DNA from: Camelus dromedarius
Taxonomy: Eukaryota
Direction: 5' to 3'
Assembly: GCF_036321535.1 (NCBI RefSeq)
Contig: NC_087436.1
Span: 74,650,001-74,714,000 of the forward strand
DNA length: 64,000 bases
Shown: positions 62,973 through 64,000 of the stretch, piece by piece
How positions within the stretch are numbered: position 1 is the stretch's first letter
Layout of the letters: each line of letters opens with the position of its first letter
Program-made: the position numbers and the translations under genes
Notes under the pieces: generated by a model
What the model saw: only the letters and a program-made list of their open reading frames with translations
The model's database searches: none
What the model was told of the DNA's origin: nothing

Positions 62973-63178
62973 GTTAATGACTCTGAGTTCATTTACTGGA
63001 GGGAGTTAGTTTCTAAATGCCTAGCCGAATATTCTTCTCCTGAATGTTGCAAACCAGATCTTAAGAAGTTGGTTTGGATAGTCTCAAGGCGCACAGCCCA
63101 GAACCTCCACAATAGCTACTACAGTGTTCCTGAGCTGCCGACCATCCCGGAGGGGGGTTGTTTTGATGAAAGTGAAAG
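62973..63178 (+). CDS. CCNG2: Cyclin G2 exon 7 (206 nt); the gene continues beyond the window
   Basis: tttcag|GTT; VNDSEFIYWRELVSKCLAEYSSPECCKPDLKKLVWIVSRRTAQNLHNSYYSVPELPTIPEGGCFDESE; donor AG|gtaaga; no stop codon reached. Confidence 0.97.
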
Positions 63179-63294
63179 GTAAGAAGGCTCCTTGACTACT
63201 TAGACTCAGCCAGACTAAATGTTACTGATTTTTGTATATCAGAGCCCCTACCTCTAACAGCATTATTTCTTCAGGTGACAGAATTAACCAGAAG

Positions 63295-63565
63295 TAGTTT
63301 TATTAAAATACTTAATAATTTGGAAGTGTACTTCCCCACTGTTTTTCTTTATTAAAAACAAACAAACAAAGCCCAGCATCCTGTACATCATTTCCTCCCC
63401 AGGGCTTATAACTGGAAGTTTGTCCTTTTGGCCACCTCCCCCTGCACCCTTGCCCCCTGCAACCACCCGTCTGTTCTGTGCATCTATGGGTTCTGTTTTT
63501 TTGGTTTTTGATTCCACATACAGTATGAGATACAGTGTTTGTCTTTCTCTGACTCACTTCACTCC
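63295..63565 (-). mobile_element. L1 3' fragment in CCNG2 intron 7
   Basis: CTTATAACTGGAAGTTTGTCCTTTTG...GATTCCACATACAGTATGAGATACAGTGTTTGTCTTTCTCTGACT. Confidence 0.8.
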
Positions 63566-64000
63566 TCCCCCCTTTAAAAACTGGTTATTTGCCATCTCCT
63601 TTGGTCTTTGAAATACAGTTTAGTTAAAAACAACATCAACTGAAACAGCATTCTGGGCTTTTAAACAGTATGAATTCCTATTATGTTACTGTGGCAAGAG
63701 GCTGCGGGTTAAATGACTGGAAAATAAAGGGAACTACTACCACCATCTTGGTAGACTTTTATAGATATGTTTAGGTTTGCCAAATGCCATTGTCTTATTC
63801 AGAGTTTATTTTGTTGAGTAAAATTAATTATTTATTTTTATTAAATTTGTTCTATGCTATAGGGATAAGGGAGTAGAAGTTCCATTTTCATAGCTTGTTG
63901 GTTTCTTGGTCTGTTATTTGAGAATATCAGTGATACAGTTATTGAACTGATGCAAGAAAGACATCAAAACCATATGGTAGGAGATCTTTGTCATTAGTCT

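Overview
Mammalian genomic DNA, very probably camelid (alpaca/llama/camel), judged from several tRNA-derived SINEs resembling Vic-1 and from artiodactyl-type L1 3' ends. About 56 kb is repeat-rich intergenic sequence. It is followed by the CpG-island promoter, the non-coding exon 1 and coding exons 2-7 of cyclin G2 (CCNG2, + strand); the last coding exon lies beyond the window. The intergenic part holds a degraded PPIA (cyclophilin A) retrocopy, an ERV-L proviral remnant, several solo LTRs, hAT DNA transposon fossils, and L1, L2 and MIR fragments. I found no evidence for a new multi-gene system. The most unusual items are: two tiny poly(A)+TSD retro-insertions copied from non-standard RNAs (an LTR-terminated transcript and an internally polyadenylated L1-derived transcript); the odd structure of the PPIA retrocopy; and the CCNG2 start-codon architecture (ATG directly at the acceptor, a competing upstream acceptor, two uORFs). 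Repeat family names come from recalled consensus sequences, not from a database search.
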